A stretch of DNA of 52,864 nt from the NCBI GenBank assembly GCA_043802865.1, contig JAZDKQ010000031.1, positions 1 through 52,864 of the forward strand, given 5' to 3'. Position numbers and translations under genes: made by a program. This DNA comes from Candidatus Moraniibacteriota bacterium (GTDB lineage: Bacteria; Patescibacteriota; Minisyncoccia; Moranbacterales; UBA11712). The notes under the pieces are model-generated. The model was not told the origin of the DNA, did not search any database, and worked only from the letters and a program-made list of their open reading frames with translations. This document shows positions 41,688 to 50,363 of the stretch, piece after piece (position 1 is the first letter of the stretch; each line of letters starts with the position of its first letter).

Positions 41688-42916
41688 AACAATCTCAACT
41701 TTTCACCAAAACTCAAAAAAACGCGCCCAAGAATGAGACGAGTCTCAACGCCCAGCTTTTGATTCGGGGAGGATTTGTCGACAAACTGATGGCGGGTGCC
41801 TATACGATCCTTCCGCTTGGATTTCGCGTGCTGAAAAAGATCGAGCAGATCATCCGCGAAGAGATGAACGCTATCGGCGGGCAGGAAATTTTCATGCCGT
41901 CGCTTCAGCCCAAAGAAAACTGGGAAAAAACAGGAAGATGGAGCACAATGGATGATCTCTATAAAGTGAAAGACGCGAGCGACCGTGAATTTGCCCTTGG
42001 GCCGACGCACGAGGAAATCATTTCGCCTCTCATGAAAAAATTCGTGAATTCATACAAAGATTTGCCTTTCGCCGCCTATCAATTCCAAAACAAATTCCGG
42101 ATGGAGCTCCGAGCCAAATCGGGCATTTTGCGCGGGCGCGAGTTTGTCATGAAAGACCTGTATTCATTTCACATCAGCCAGGAAAACCTGGATGAATATT
42201 ATGAAAAAGCCAAAATAGCCTACAGAAATATTTTTGACCGCGCTGGCATCGGCGAAAAAACATTCCTGACTTTCGCGTCCGGCGGATCATTTTCGAAATA
42301 TTCGCATGAATTTCAAACGCTCACTTCGGCCGGAGAAGATACTATACACATCTGCAACAAATGCGGCATGGCAATCAACAAAGAGATAAAAGAAGAAACT
42401 CCCGAGTGTCCTGAATGCAAAAGCAAGGATTTTCGCGAGGAAAAAGCCGTTGAAGTGGGAAATATTTTTAAACTGGGGACGAAATACAGCGCCCCGTTTG
42501 ATCTCATAGTCACAACCGAAAAAGGCGAAAAGGTGCCGATCATTATGGGATGCTATGGAATTGGCCTCCAACGCCTTATGGGAACAATTGTCGAGCTCTG
42601 CAGCGATGAAAACGGCATCAGCTGGCCGGAATTTGTCGCGCCTTTTCAGGTTCATCTGATCAGCCTCGGAAAAAACGAAGAAGCCGAAAAAATATACAGT
42701 GATCTTGAGAAAAACAATATCGAAGTTTTGTATGACGACCGCGAAGACACAAGCGCCGGGGGAAAATTCGCCGACGCGGATCTCATCGGCATCCCGTGGC
42801 GCATGGTGGTCAGTCAAAAATCCCTCGCCGGCGGGGGAGTGGAAGTGAAAAAAAGAAACGAAAAAGAAAGCGAGATCGTTGAAATTGACAAATTAAGCAG
42901 TTTGATAAAAAAATAA
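41684..42916 (+). CDS. proS: proline--tRNA ligase, minimal bacterial-type form lacking the INS editing domain
   Basis: MKQSQLF.KT.K..P..E.S.NAQLLIRGGF; class II motif 2 FRMELRAKSGILRGREFVMKDLYSF; motif 3 region GCYGIGLQRL; C-terminal anticodon-binding domain. ATGA overlap with ispH. Confidence 0.9.
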   Translation: MKQSQLFTKTQKNAPKNETSLNAQLLIRGGFVDKLMAGAYTILPLGFRVLKKIEQIIREEMNAIGGQEIFMPSLQPKENWEKTGRWSTMDDLYKVKDASDREFALGPTHEEIISPLMKKFVNSYKDLPFAAYQFQNKFRMELRAKSGILRGREFVMKDLYSFHISQENLDEYYEKAKIAYRNIFDRAGIGEKTFLTFASGGSFSKYSHEFQTLTSAGEDTIHICNKCGMAINKEIKEETPECPECKSKDFREEKAVEVGNIFKLGTKYSAPFDLIVTTEKGEKVPIIMGCYGIGLQRLMGTIVELCSDENGISWPEFVAPFQVHLISLGKNEEAEKIYSDLEKNNIEVLYDDREDTSAGGKFADADLIGIPWRMVVSQKSLAGGGVEVKKRNEKESEIVEIDKLSSLIKK

Positions 42917-42926
42917 AATAATTTCA

Positions 42927-43661
42927 ATGGACACCCAAAAAACACCAAAAGAAAATCAAAACATCACTCTCGACAAAAAATCCAAGATACTTTTTGCGGT
43001 CATCGGAATTTTGATCATTGGCTCGGTCGCTGTGACTTTTTGGCGCTATATGATCAAGCGCGATTATATCGTCCAAGCCCAAACCGATTGCGATCCGGAA
43101 TCGGAAGCCTGTTTTGTTTGGGAGTGCGACCCGGCCTCGGATGAAGAAGGCTATGCTTGCACCGGCGATCCGGAAAGTGATATCTGGTATTATAAAATAG
43201 TCCATCGCAACGCCAAAAATATTCCCGACTGCGATCCGAACAACGAAGATTGCACGGCTCTCGTCTGCGATCCGGGAGAAAAAGACTGCTCTGAAGAGTT
43301 GTGTACCCCGGAAAATGTCCCCGAAGACGAATCCTGCAATGATCCGGAGCAATATCTCATAGACAATCCTCCGGAAGAAGAATGCGCAGAGGATGATGAG
43401 GAGTGTCTGGCTGAAGAAGAATGCGCTGAAGACGATGATGAGTGTTTGGCGGAGCAGGAAGCAATTGAATGCGAAGAGGGCGATGAGGAATGCTTGTCAG
43501 AAGAAGCTACCGACGAAGCTTGCGCGCTCGATGATCAAGAGTGTCTCGATGCCCAGGATTCGGAGGATACGGAAGAAACATGCGCGCCCGATGATCCGAC
43601 TTGTGGTCAAACGCAAGATTCAGACACAAGTCCCGATAGTTCGGTCATCTTGACCCCATAG
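42927..43661 (+). CDS. membrane-anchored, extremely acidic Cys-rich repeat protein
   Basis: TM helix ILFAVIGILIIGSVAVTFW. This is followed by Cys-paired segments and tandem EECAEDDEECLAE-type repeats, matched by approximately 36-39-nt DNA repeats from about 43375. Confidence 0.55.
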   Translation: MDTQKTPKENQNITLDKKSKILFAVIGILIIGSVAVTFWRYMIKRDYIVQAQTDCDPESEACFVWECDPASDEEGYACTGDPESDIWYYKIVHRNAKNIPDCDPNNEDCTALVCDPGEKDCSEELCTPENVPEDESCNDPEQYLIDNPPEEECAEDDEECLAEEECAEDDDECLAEQEAIECEEGDEECLSEEATDEACALDDQECLDAQDSEDTEETCAPDDPTCGQTQDSDTSPDSSVILTP

Positions 43662-43807
43662 TTTGCGTCAAAAGCGACGTAAAAATATTTTATCTGTGTT
43701 TATGCAAACTCGTTTACCGGGCTTGTTTTTTCGCTTTCTGTTTGCTATATTTGAATTACTATCTGCTAAAATAAAGTCTAGCAATCATAATTTCTTAGTG
43801 AAACACA

Positions 43808-45073
43808 ATGGACGCGAACAAAAATTGGGAAATCCTGAAGCAAAATGATCCGGAGGTGTATGACGCTTTGATCGGTGAAGAAAAAAGGGAGCAAAAGGGA
43901 GTGGAGCTCATTCCTTCAGAAAATTATACCTACCCCGAAGTTTTTGCCGCCAATGGCTCGATTCTCACCAACAAATACGCCGAAGGGTATCCGGGCAAAC
44001 GATATTATGGCGGGCAAGAATACACGGACATTATTGAAAACCTCGCCAGGGATCGCGCCAAAGAGCTGTTTCGTTGCGAACACGCCAACGTCCAGCCCCT
44101 TTCCGGATCTCCCATGAACCAGGCCGTGTATTTTGCATTTCTCAATCCCGGCGACACGGTTCTCGCAATGGATCTTTCCCATGGAGGTCATTTGACCCAC
44201 GGCGCGCCTGTTTCGCATATGGGGAAAGTCTTCAATTTTGTCCGCTACAAGACCCATCCGGAGGAAAAGGGAAGAATTGATTTTGAAGAATTGTTGAGAG
44301 TGGCAAAGGAATGCAAACCGAAAATAGTCATGTGCGGATATACTTCCTATCCTCGGGACTATGACTATGCCGATTTCAAGGAGGTGGCCGACGAAGTGGG
44401 AGCGATGACGTTCGCGGACGTCGCGCATATCGGCGGGTTGATCGCGGCGGGAGTGATGAGAAATCCTTTTGATTTTGGTTTTGACGTGGTTTCGACAACG
44501 ACCCACAAATCACTGCGCGGTCCCAGAGCCGGCATGATAATGTGCAAACAGCAATACGCCGCCCAGATCGACAAGTCCGTTTTTCCCGGTCTCCAGGGCG
44601 GTCCGCATATGCAAACGGTCGCATCAATAGCCGTCACGCTGGGCAAAGCGCTTGAACCGGAATTCAAGGAATACGGAAAGCAAATTCTGGCCAACTCAAA
44701 AACTTTGGCTCAAGAACTTATGGATAACGGCGTGAAACTTGTCACGGATGGAACGGACAATCATATGATGGTGGCGAACACGATGCAGAGCTTCGGCATC
44801 GACGGCAAGCTGGCGGAACAAACTTTGGACAAAATTTCCATCACCGTCAACAAGCAGATCATCCCGGATGACCCCAATCCGCCATTGAAACCCAGTGGAA
44901 TCCGACTTGGCACTCCGGCGGCGACAACACGCGGAATGAAAGAAGATGATATGAAAAAATTGGCAGCCTGGATCATCGAAGCATTGAAGAATAATCAGGA
45001 CGAAAGCAATCTGGAGGAAATCAAAAAAGAAGTAGGAAAGTTCTGCGTCAAATTCCCGGTGCCGGGGATATAA
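43808..45073 (+). CDS. glyA: serine hydroxymethyltransferase
   Basis: ELIPSENY; NKYAEGYPGKRYYGG; VQPLSGSPMN; VVSTTTHKSLRGPR (PLP lysine). Confidence 0.95.
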   Translation: MDANKNWEILKQNDPEVYDALIGEEKREQKGVELIPSENYTYPEVFAANGSILTNKYAEGYPGKRYYGGQEYTDIIENLARDRAKELFRCEHANVQPLSGSPMNQAVYFAFLNPGDTVLAMDLSHGGHLTHGAPVSHMGKVFNFVRYKTHPEEKGRIDFEELLRVAKECKPKIVMCGYTSYPRDYDYADFKEVADEVGAMTFADVAHIGGLIAAGVMRNPFDFGFDVVSTTTHKSLRGPRAGMIMCKQQYAAQIDKSVFPGLQGGPHMQTVASIAVTLGKALEPEFKEYGKQILANSKTLAQELMDNGVKLVTDGTDNHMMVANTMQSFGIDGKLAEQTLDKISITVNKQIIPDDPNPPLKPSGIRLGTPAATTRGMKEDDMKKLAAWIIEALKNNQDESNLEEIKKEVGKFCVKFPVPGI

Positions 45074-45235
45074 AATATAGCTGATTTTATTTTGCCCAAA
45101 CCCCAATCCATGGCCAATGAAACCTTCCATTTCGGCGCGCATCTCACGGCAATTTTCCCCAAAATCGACGCTTCACGCAAAAAGGCTTATACAAGACCCT
45201 TTTTTTGCTTTGTGAAACATCGGGAGATCAACTGC

Positions 45236-45264
45236 TTGACTTGCGCCATTTTTTGGAGTATAAT
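45236..45264 (+). promoter_or_regulatory. sigma70-type promoter
   Basis: TTGACT (45236-45241), 17-nt spacer, TATAAT (45259-45264). The downstream SD AAGGAGGTG precedes the ATG at 45332. Confidence 0.55.
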
Positions 45265-45331
45265 TGAAAGTTAGGTGAAAATAGGGGAATTTTTGCCGAG
45301 TCCCTTGAAAATTTGATAAGGAGGTGTCGCG

Positions 45332-45934
45332 ATGAGCGGTTGGCTGAAAAAAGTCGCCGCGAAATGCGCGGCGCAAAAGGGAAGAATCGCAACTTTAGCA
45401 CTCGGCCACACGGTCTTTCATACCACCGAGCAGATTTTCAATTACGGTATCTATATTCCCGTAATTGGATTTTTGGGCGTAATTTACGGCGGTTGTCTAA
45501 TGACCATGCTTTCCTTTCTGACCTGTTATGGCATCCTTAAATTCTACGACTGGTCCAAAAAAGACTGGCTCGGAATAGAAGTTGTCAAGGATGTGAGGGA
45601 TTTCGGTCCGGAGTGGATCAAGAAGCTTCAAGTGAAGTCTATCCTTGGAAAAATTCTTTGGTGGCCTTTTTCAAAAATCATCTTTTTTGTCCTTTGGTCA
45701 CTTAAAAGGGGTGGAGCCATTGCCTTCTTTGCTCTTAGCATTTACACTGATCCTTTCACTACAACAGTGTATTTTCGCAAAGGATCATTCAATGGCCTGT
45801 TAAAAAAAGACTGGTTTATTTTTGTGGCGAGTGTTCTGCTTGGAAATATCTACTGGATCGGCAGAACTTATCTGATCATCCTCGTTGCAAAATTTGGATT
45901 TAACTACTGGTGGAAAATATTTTTCACCAACTAA
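45332..45934 (+). CDS. integral membrane protein, unknown function (4-5 TM)
   Basis: Strong SD; hydrophobic segments (IYIPVIGFLGVIYGGCLMTMLSFLTCYGIL; IIFFVLWSL; FIFVASVLLGNIYWI). A terminator follows. Confidence 0.55.
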   Translation: MSGWLKKVAAKCAAQKGRIATLALGHTVFHTTEQIFNYGIYIPVIGFLGVIYGGCLMTMLSFLTCYGILKFYDWSKKDWLGIEVVKDVRDFGPEWIKKLQVKSILGKILWWPFSKIIFFVLWSLKRGGAIAFFALSIYTDPFTTTVYFRKGSFNGLLKKDWFIFVASVLLGNIYWIGRTYLIILVAKFGFNYWWKIFFTN

Positions 45935-45961
45935 AGCGCGTCTCATTGAGCCGCGCTTTTT
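45933..45961 (+). terminator. rho-independent terminator
   Basis: AAAGCGCG (45933-45940) / CGCGCTTT (45952-45959) with an 11-nt loop and a T-run. Confidence 0.6.
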
Positions 45962-46415
45962 CAATTTCATTTAACTAATCTCACTCCCGCTTCAAGCAAT
46001 TTTTCAAAATTTCTGTTTTTTCTCCAAACTTCCTGAAGTTTTTTGCGTGGATAATCAAATTTTTATATTTAGTCATCGGATTTTCTCGGATGTATTTTTT
46101 TACAATTTTTTGAGCTTGATAATTTTTTGCAAATTATCTGTCATATGCTTTCTGATAATTCAACCCTCAGTTCCTCTAGAAAATCATTTTAAAAGACAAC
46201 TCTTTTTTTGCTATTTTTTTGCTGTTCCTCTATAATTATGATGAAAAAAAATTATAGTTGGTGGGTTACTCCCTATCCTATCAACATTTTTCATGAAACA
46301 ATACGGCCATATGGATGAGCCAAAAATAGGTTACAGCCTGTTGCTTCCCCCTATTTTATGCTACAATAAAAACGGAGAGGGAATTAGTAGTTATAATAAC
46401 TAGCTGTTTTGATTT

Positions 46416-47210
46416 ATGCCTGAAGCAAACATTGTAAGGGGGAAAGATGGCAAACTGCGACTTGAAAATTTTTACACGCCGCTTGCGGAGGCGAAAAAAG
46501 AAATCCGAAAAAGATGGAAGGATAAGAAGTTAAAAAAAGAAATACTGAAATTTCTAGAAAACGACATACCACCTGTTTTCACAAAAAAGCCAAGAGCAGT
46601 GTTTGCAAGGCATGTAGCGACACCGAATCTCGAGCATCAGTATTTTCAGAGGAAGGCTTGTGCTGCTGAGTTGAATCCACTTTTCTTAGAATATCCAGAG
46701 GATAAATTTGCGCCAGAAAATGCACCGAAATATTATCTAGGAAAAATATTTTTTCTTTACAAAAGGGGGAAAAATGAAGGGTATGTTAGTTCCTGCAAAA
46801 AAATAATAGATTTTGATAAATGCTCCGGTAAGTCAATAAGTAAAATATTTTTAAATCAAGTTAAATTGAAAAAATTAGTTGATTTTCATCATACTATTCT
46901 CGATAAAGCCTTACCCAATTTAGATAGATACGACATTTCAAACTGGTATATGAAAAAAGGAGGAAAACCTGAAAAATACTATAAGTATCTGTTTTCTCTA
47001 TTCATTAGAAATGGCATATTGTTTGAAAATTATTTACTCAATAAAGAAGAAATTGATTTTACAAAAAAAATTATTATACCGTCATTTTCAAAAGTTGAAA
47101 AATGTTTTAATATTAAACCATTGATTGTCAGACTTCTTCCGCAAAAAAATGAAGCTGAACCATTCTGGTATTGGTATTCAGGATCTGTTGAAAAATACTT
47201 TACCCAATAA
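46416..47210 (+). CDS. hypothetical 264-aa soluble protein, no recognisable family
   Basis: A long ORF in a very AT-rich stretch. No SD. K-rich with scattered aromatic motifs (LEYPEDKF, FWYWYSGS). Coding is inferred from ORF length only. Confidence 0.45.
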   Translation: MPEANIVRGKDGKLRLENFYTPLAEAKKEIRKRWKDKKLKKEILKFLENDIPPVFTKKPRAVFARHVATPNLEHQYFQRKACAAELNPLFLEYPEDKFAPENAPKYYLGKIFFLYKRGKNEGYVSSCKKIIDFDKCSGKSISKIFLNQVKLKKLVDFHHTILDKALPNLDRYDISNWYMKKGGKPEKYYKYLFSLFIRNGILFENYLLNKEEIDFTKKIIIPSFSKVEKCFNIKPLIVRLLPQKNEAEPFWYWYSGSVEKYFTQ

Positions 47211-47221
47211 ATAAAAAATAA

Positions 47222-48913
47222 ATGAATTTTGACCTAGTTAGTACAGTTGAAACGTGCTACACATACGTCAAAGATAATCCTCCTCTTCTATTCTATTCCC
47301 ATATTCCTACAGCGATAGTTTCTCTACTAATCGGTCTTTTTGTCTTCCTAAAAAATAGGAAGTTACTGATTGGTAAAATACTAATCGCCATTTCTCTCGC
47401 ATTTTCATTGTGGTCTTTTTTGGATCTGATAATATGGACTAGTTATGATAGCGGCAAAATCATGTTCTCATGGGCTATATTAGGAATACTTAGTGATTCC
47501 TTCTTTATACTTAGTCTGTATTTTCTTTATACATTTATTGAAAAAAGAGATGCGCCATTATGGCCTAAAACAATTTTGTCTGCTCTTTTATTACCCGTTA
47601 TTATCTTATCTTTTACAAAATTAAATCTGCTATATTTCGATATTCCAAACTGTGAATCGACTGAAGCAAATTTTATTATAAATTATAATCATTTACTTCA
47701 GCTTTTCGTTGCTTTATGGATTCTTGTCTTGTTTATATCAAAGTATAGGAAATCGGAAAAAGTGGAAAGAAAGCAAATGACAATTGCAACTATTGGAATT
47801 TATTTGTTTTTGCTTTCATTTTTCATAACTGATTTTATATCTGTCAAACTTGACGGAGTTGTTGATTATAATTATGAAATTGGCATGTATGGTCTCTTTG
47901 GTATGGTTTTCTTTGTAGCTTTTCTTGCCTATCTCATCGTCAAATACAAGGCTTTCAATATCAAGCTCATTGCCACGCAGGCTCTCATTACTGCGTTGAT
48001 CATCGGAATTGGTTCGCAATTCTTTTTCATTCAAAATACGACCAATGTTATTCTCAACGCGATAACTTTGGCGTTGGTTCTCGGATTTGGATATATGCTT
48101 GTGAAATCGGTGAAACTTGAAGTCCAACGAAAAGAGGAGCTGCAAAAACTTTCGGATGAGCTCGCGCTTGCCAATGAGAAACTCCGCCAGCTGGACAAGG
48201 CCAAGTCGGAATTCATATCCATTGCGTCGCATCAGTTGCGCACGCCCCTCACTTCGATCAAGGGCTTCGGGTCCTTGCTTCTTGAGGGGACATACGGCGA
48301 GATTCCACAGGCGCAAAAAGGAGTGCTGGAGAAGATATATATTTCCAATGAACGGCTCATTCAATTGGTTGAAGATCTGCTCAATATATCCAGAATCGAA
48401 GCGGGAAGAATGGAATTTGATTTCCAGGAAGCGCAAATTGAGGATCTCGTCCAGGAAGCCGTGACAACCCTCGAACTGGCCGCCAAAGCCAAGAATCTCT
48501 ATCTCCATTGGGAAAAGCCGGCGGTTGCGATGCCGAAACTCAAGATCGACATCACAAAGATCAAAGAAGTGATCTCGAATATGCTGGACAATTCGATCAA
48601 ATATACCCAAAAAGGCGGAATCACGGTTAAGCTTGAAACAAATACTGTCTGGAGCACGGATCATAAAGAACATCAAAGCACTGTCCGCGTCATTGTTTCC
48701 GACACGGGAATCGGAATGGATGAGGAAGAAATCAATATGATCTTCGAGAAATTCCAGCGCGGAAAGCAAGTTTCGCACTATCACACCGACGGTATGGGAC
48801 TGGGAATGTATATCGGCAAGAAAATCGTCGCCGAACACAAAGGCAAGATTTGGGCGGAATCGGAAGGAAAGGGCAAGGGGAGCCGGTTCGTGTTGGAATT
48901 GCCGGTGAACTAG
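47222..48913 (+). CDS. sensor histidine kinase with polytopic (about 7-8 TM) N-terminal sensor domain
   Basis: H-box EFISIASHQLRTPLTSIKG; N-box ISNMLDNSIKYT; G1 box SDTGIGM; G2 box GMGLGMYI. Confidence 0.88.
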   Translation: MNFDLVSTVETCYTYVKDNPPLLFYSHIPTAIVSLLIGLFVFLKNRKLLIGKILIAISLAFSLWSFLDLIIWTSYDSGKIMFSWAILGILSDSFFILSLYFLYTFIEKRDAPLWPKTILSALLLPVIILSFTKLNLLYFDIPNCESTEANFIINYNHLLQLFVALWILVLFISKYRKSEKVERKQMTIATIGIYLFLLSFFITDFISVKLDGVVDYNYEIGMYGLFGMVFFVAFLAYLIVKYKAFNIKLIATQALITALIIGIGSQFFFIQNTTNVILNAITLALVLGFGYMLVKSVKLEVQRKEELQKLSDELALANEKLRQLDKAKSEFISIASHQLRTPLTSIKGFGSLLLEGTYGEIPQAQKGVLEKIYISNERLIQLVEDLLNISRIEAGRMEFDFQEAQIEDLVQEAVTTLELAAKAKNLYLHWEKPAVAMPKLKIDITKIKEVISNMLDNSIKYTQKGGITVKLETNTVWSTDHKEHQSTVRVIVSDTGIGMDEEEINMIFEKFQRGKQVSHYHTDGMGLGMYIGKKIVAEHKGKIWAESEGKGKGSRFVLELPVN

Positions 48914-48945
48914 TATTTTGTATCTTGTATATAGTATTTAGTATT
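48912..48945. repeat. second copy of the heptad-periodic motif (AGTATTTTGTAT CTTGTAT ATAGTATTTAGTATT)
   Basis: Matches 20349-20375 apart from a 7-nt insertion. It starts inside the kinase stop codon. Confidence 0.7.
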
Positions 48946-48966
48946 TTTTTGAATGCCAGATAATTC

Positions 48967-48995
48967 TTGTAATTTCGTGCCAGATATGGTACGAT
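48967..48995 (+). promoter_or_regulatory. candidate promoter with flanking/overlapping direct repeats TGCCAGATA
   Basis: TTGTAA (48967-48972), 17-nt spacer, TACGAT (48990-48995). The 9-mer TGCCAGATA occurs at 48954-48962 and 48978-48986, 24 nt apart. Confidence 0.35.
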
Positions 48996-49023
48996 TTTTT
49001 AGTAATTATTGATCTGTTTTACT

Positions 49024-50304
49024 ATGCAAAAGAAAAAGGGGAAAGTCTGCGTGATCGGGCTTGGATATGTCGGATTTCCGCTGGCGGTTCAGTGCGCGGT
49101 GAAAGGATATGGGGTTTTTGGATATGACAAGGATGAGAAAAAGCTCTCTCGCATCGAAAAAGGCGAGAATATTGTTGATGAAAAATATCTTGATGAACTC
49201 TTGCCAAAAACAAAGATAAATATTGTCCGTGATGAGAAAAAAATAAGCCAATGCGATATATTCATCATTGCAGTTCCCACTCCTGTCGATGAAAAATATT
49301 ATCCCGATTTAAGTTTTGTGGAAGCGGCCTCTCGAACGGTCGCGGAAAATATGAAGAGCGGCGCGCTCGTCGTTGTCGAATCGACGATCAATCCGGGGGT
49401 TTGCGAGGAAGTTGTCCGACCGATATTTGAAAAAGCAGGCTGGGAGATTGGAAAAAGCGTTTTTATTTCCCATTGCCCGGAAAGAATCAATCCCGGAGAC
49501 AAAAAATGGAATGTGACGAATATTCCCCGAGTCGTCGGTTCTTTTGACGAAATTGGTTTGAATAAATCCGTGAAATTCTATGAAAGCATTATTGATGCCG
49601 AAATTATGCCAATGAAAACCATCCGCGAAGCTGAAGCTGCCAAAATTATCGAGAATTCATTCAGAGACGTGAATATCGCTTTTGTGAACGAACTCGCAAA
49701 GTCTTTTGACCTCATGGGGATCGATATTGTGAATGTCATCAAGGGCGCCGCGACCAAACCTTTTGCCTTCATGCCCCATTGGCCGTCATGCGGAGTTGGA
49801 GGCCATTGTATTCCAGTCGATCCGTATTATCTCATCGAAAAAGCCAAAGAAAACGATTTTGACCACAAATTTTTGAGAACTGCGCGCGCGATAAATAATA
49901 GCATGCCGCTTTATACGGTTGAATTGACGCAGGATGCCTTGAACGAGGTCGAAAAGCCGTTCAAGAACACAAATATAGGCATACTGGGTATTTCATATAA
50001 GGCAAATGTAGGCGATTTGCGAGAAAGTCCTGCATTGAAAATTATTGAGCTGCTGAAAGGACACGGGGCAAATGTTCATATCTTCGATCCATATGTGCCG
50101 GCCAAATCAACGGCAGCCAGCTTGAGCGAACTGCTTGATAGTGTCGACGCGATCATAATCACGGCAGATCATAAAGAATTCAAAGATTTGCAGCCTGAAA
50201 TATTGAAAAAAAAGAACATCACAGTCGTGATAGACGGAAAAAATTGTCTTAACAAGGACAACATCCAAAAGTTGGGTATTATTTACAAAGGTATAGGGCG
50301 ATAG
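49024..50304 (+). CDS. nucleotide-sugar dehydrogenase (UDP-glucose/UDP-ManNAc/GDP-mannose dehydrogenase family)
   Basis: KVCVIGLGYVGFPLAV Rossmann motif; catalytic GVGGHCIPVDP; C-terminal GISYKANVGDLRESPA. The ATG at 49024 is preferred over the track start at 49009. Confidence 0.88.
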   Translation: MQKKKGKVCVIGLGYVGFPLAVQCAVKGYGVFGYDKDEKKLSRIEKGENIVDEKYLDELLPKTKINIVRDEKKISQCDIFIIAVPTPVDEKYYPDLSFVEAASRTVAENMKSGALVVVESTINPGVCEEVVRPIFEKAGWEIGKSVFISHCPERINPGDKKWNVTNIPRVVGSFDEIGLNKSVKFYESIIDAEIMPMKTIREAEAAKIIENSFRDVNIAFVNELAKSFDLMGIDIVNVIKGAATKPFAFMPHWPSCGVGGHCIPVDPYYLIEKAKENDFDHKFLRTARAINNSMPLYTVELTQDALNEVEKPFKNTNIGILGISYKANVGDLRESPALKIIELLKGHGANVHIFDPYVPAKSTAASLSELLDSVDAIIITADHKEFKDLQPEILKKKNITVVIDGKNCLNKDNIQKLGIIYKGIGR

Positions 50305-50308
50305 AAAG

Positions 50309-50336
50309 TTGTTTTTGTCTGAAAATCTGATATAAT
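50309..50336 (+). promoter_or_regulatory. promoter with extended -10
   Basis: TTGTTT (50309-50314), 16-nt spacer, TATAAT (50331-50336), preceded by TGa. Confidence 0.45.
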
Positions 50337-50363
50337 ACGGACATAAGCCTTAACTTCAAATTT

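Noticed and set aside
43662-43807. Possible ZTP (pfl) or other riboswitch in the 146-nt leader of glyA; an ACCGGGC string is present.
   Set aside because: The conserved 3' pseudoknot partner (CCGCCTGGGC-like) and the GGGTCGTG-type 5' core are absent, and no convincing nested helices are present.
45092-45274. 60-aa ORF between glyA and the membrane protein gene, and the minus-strand ORFs 44696..45142 and 44995..45180.
   Set aside because: The plus-strand ORF overlaps the predicted promoter (45236-45264) and has no RBS or recognisable motif. The minus-strand ORFs overlap the glyA 3' end as shadow ORFs.
46047-46235. 62-aa plus-strand ORF (MDNQIFIFSHRIFSDVFFYNF...) in the AT-rich gap.
   Set aside because: It is a Phe/Ile-rich translation of poly-T-rich DNA with no SD. 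It is probably spurious, and the region is treated as non-coding or decayed.
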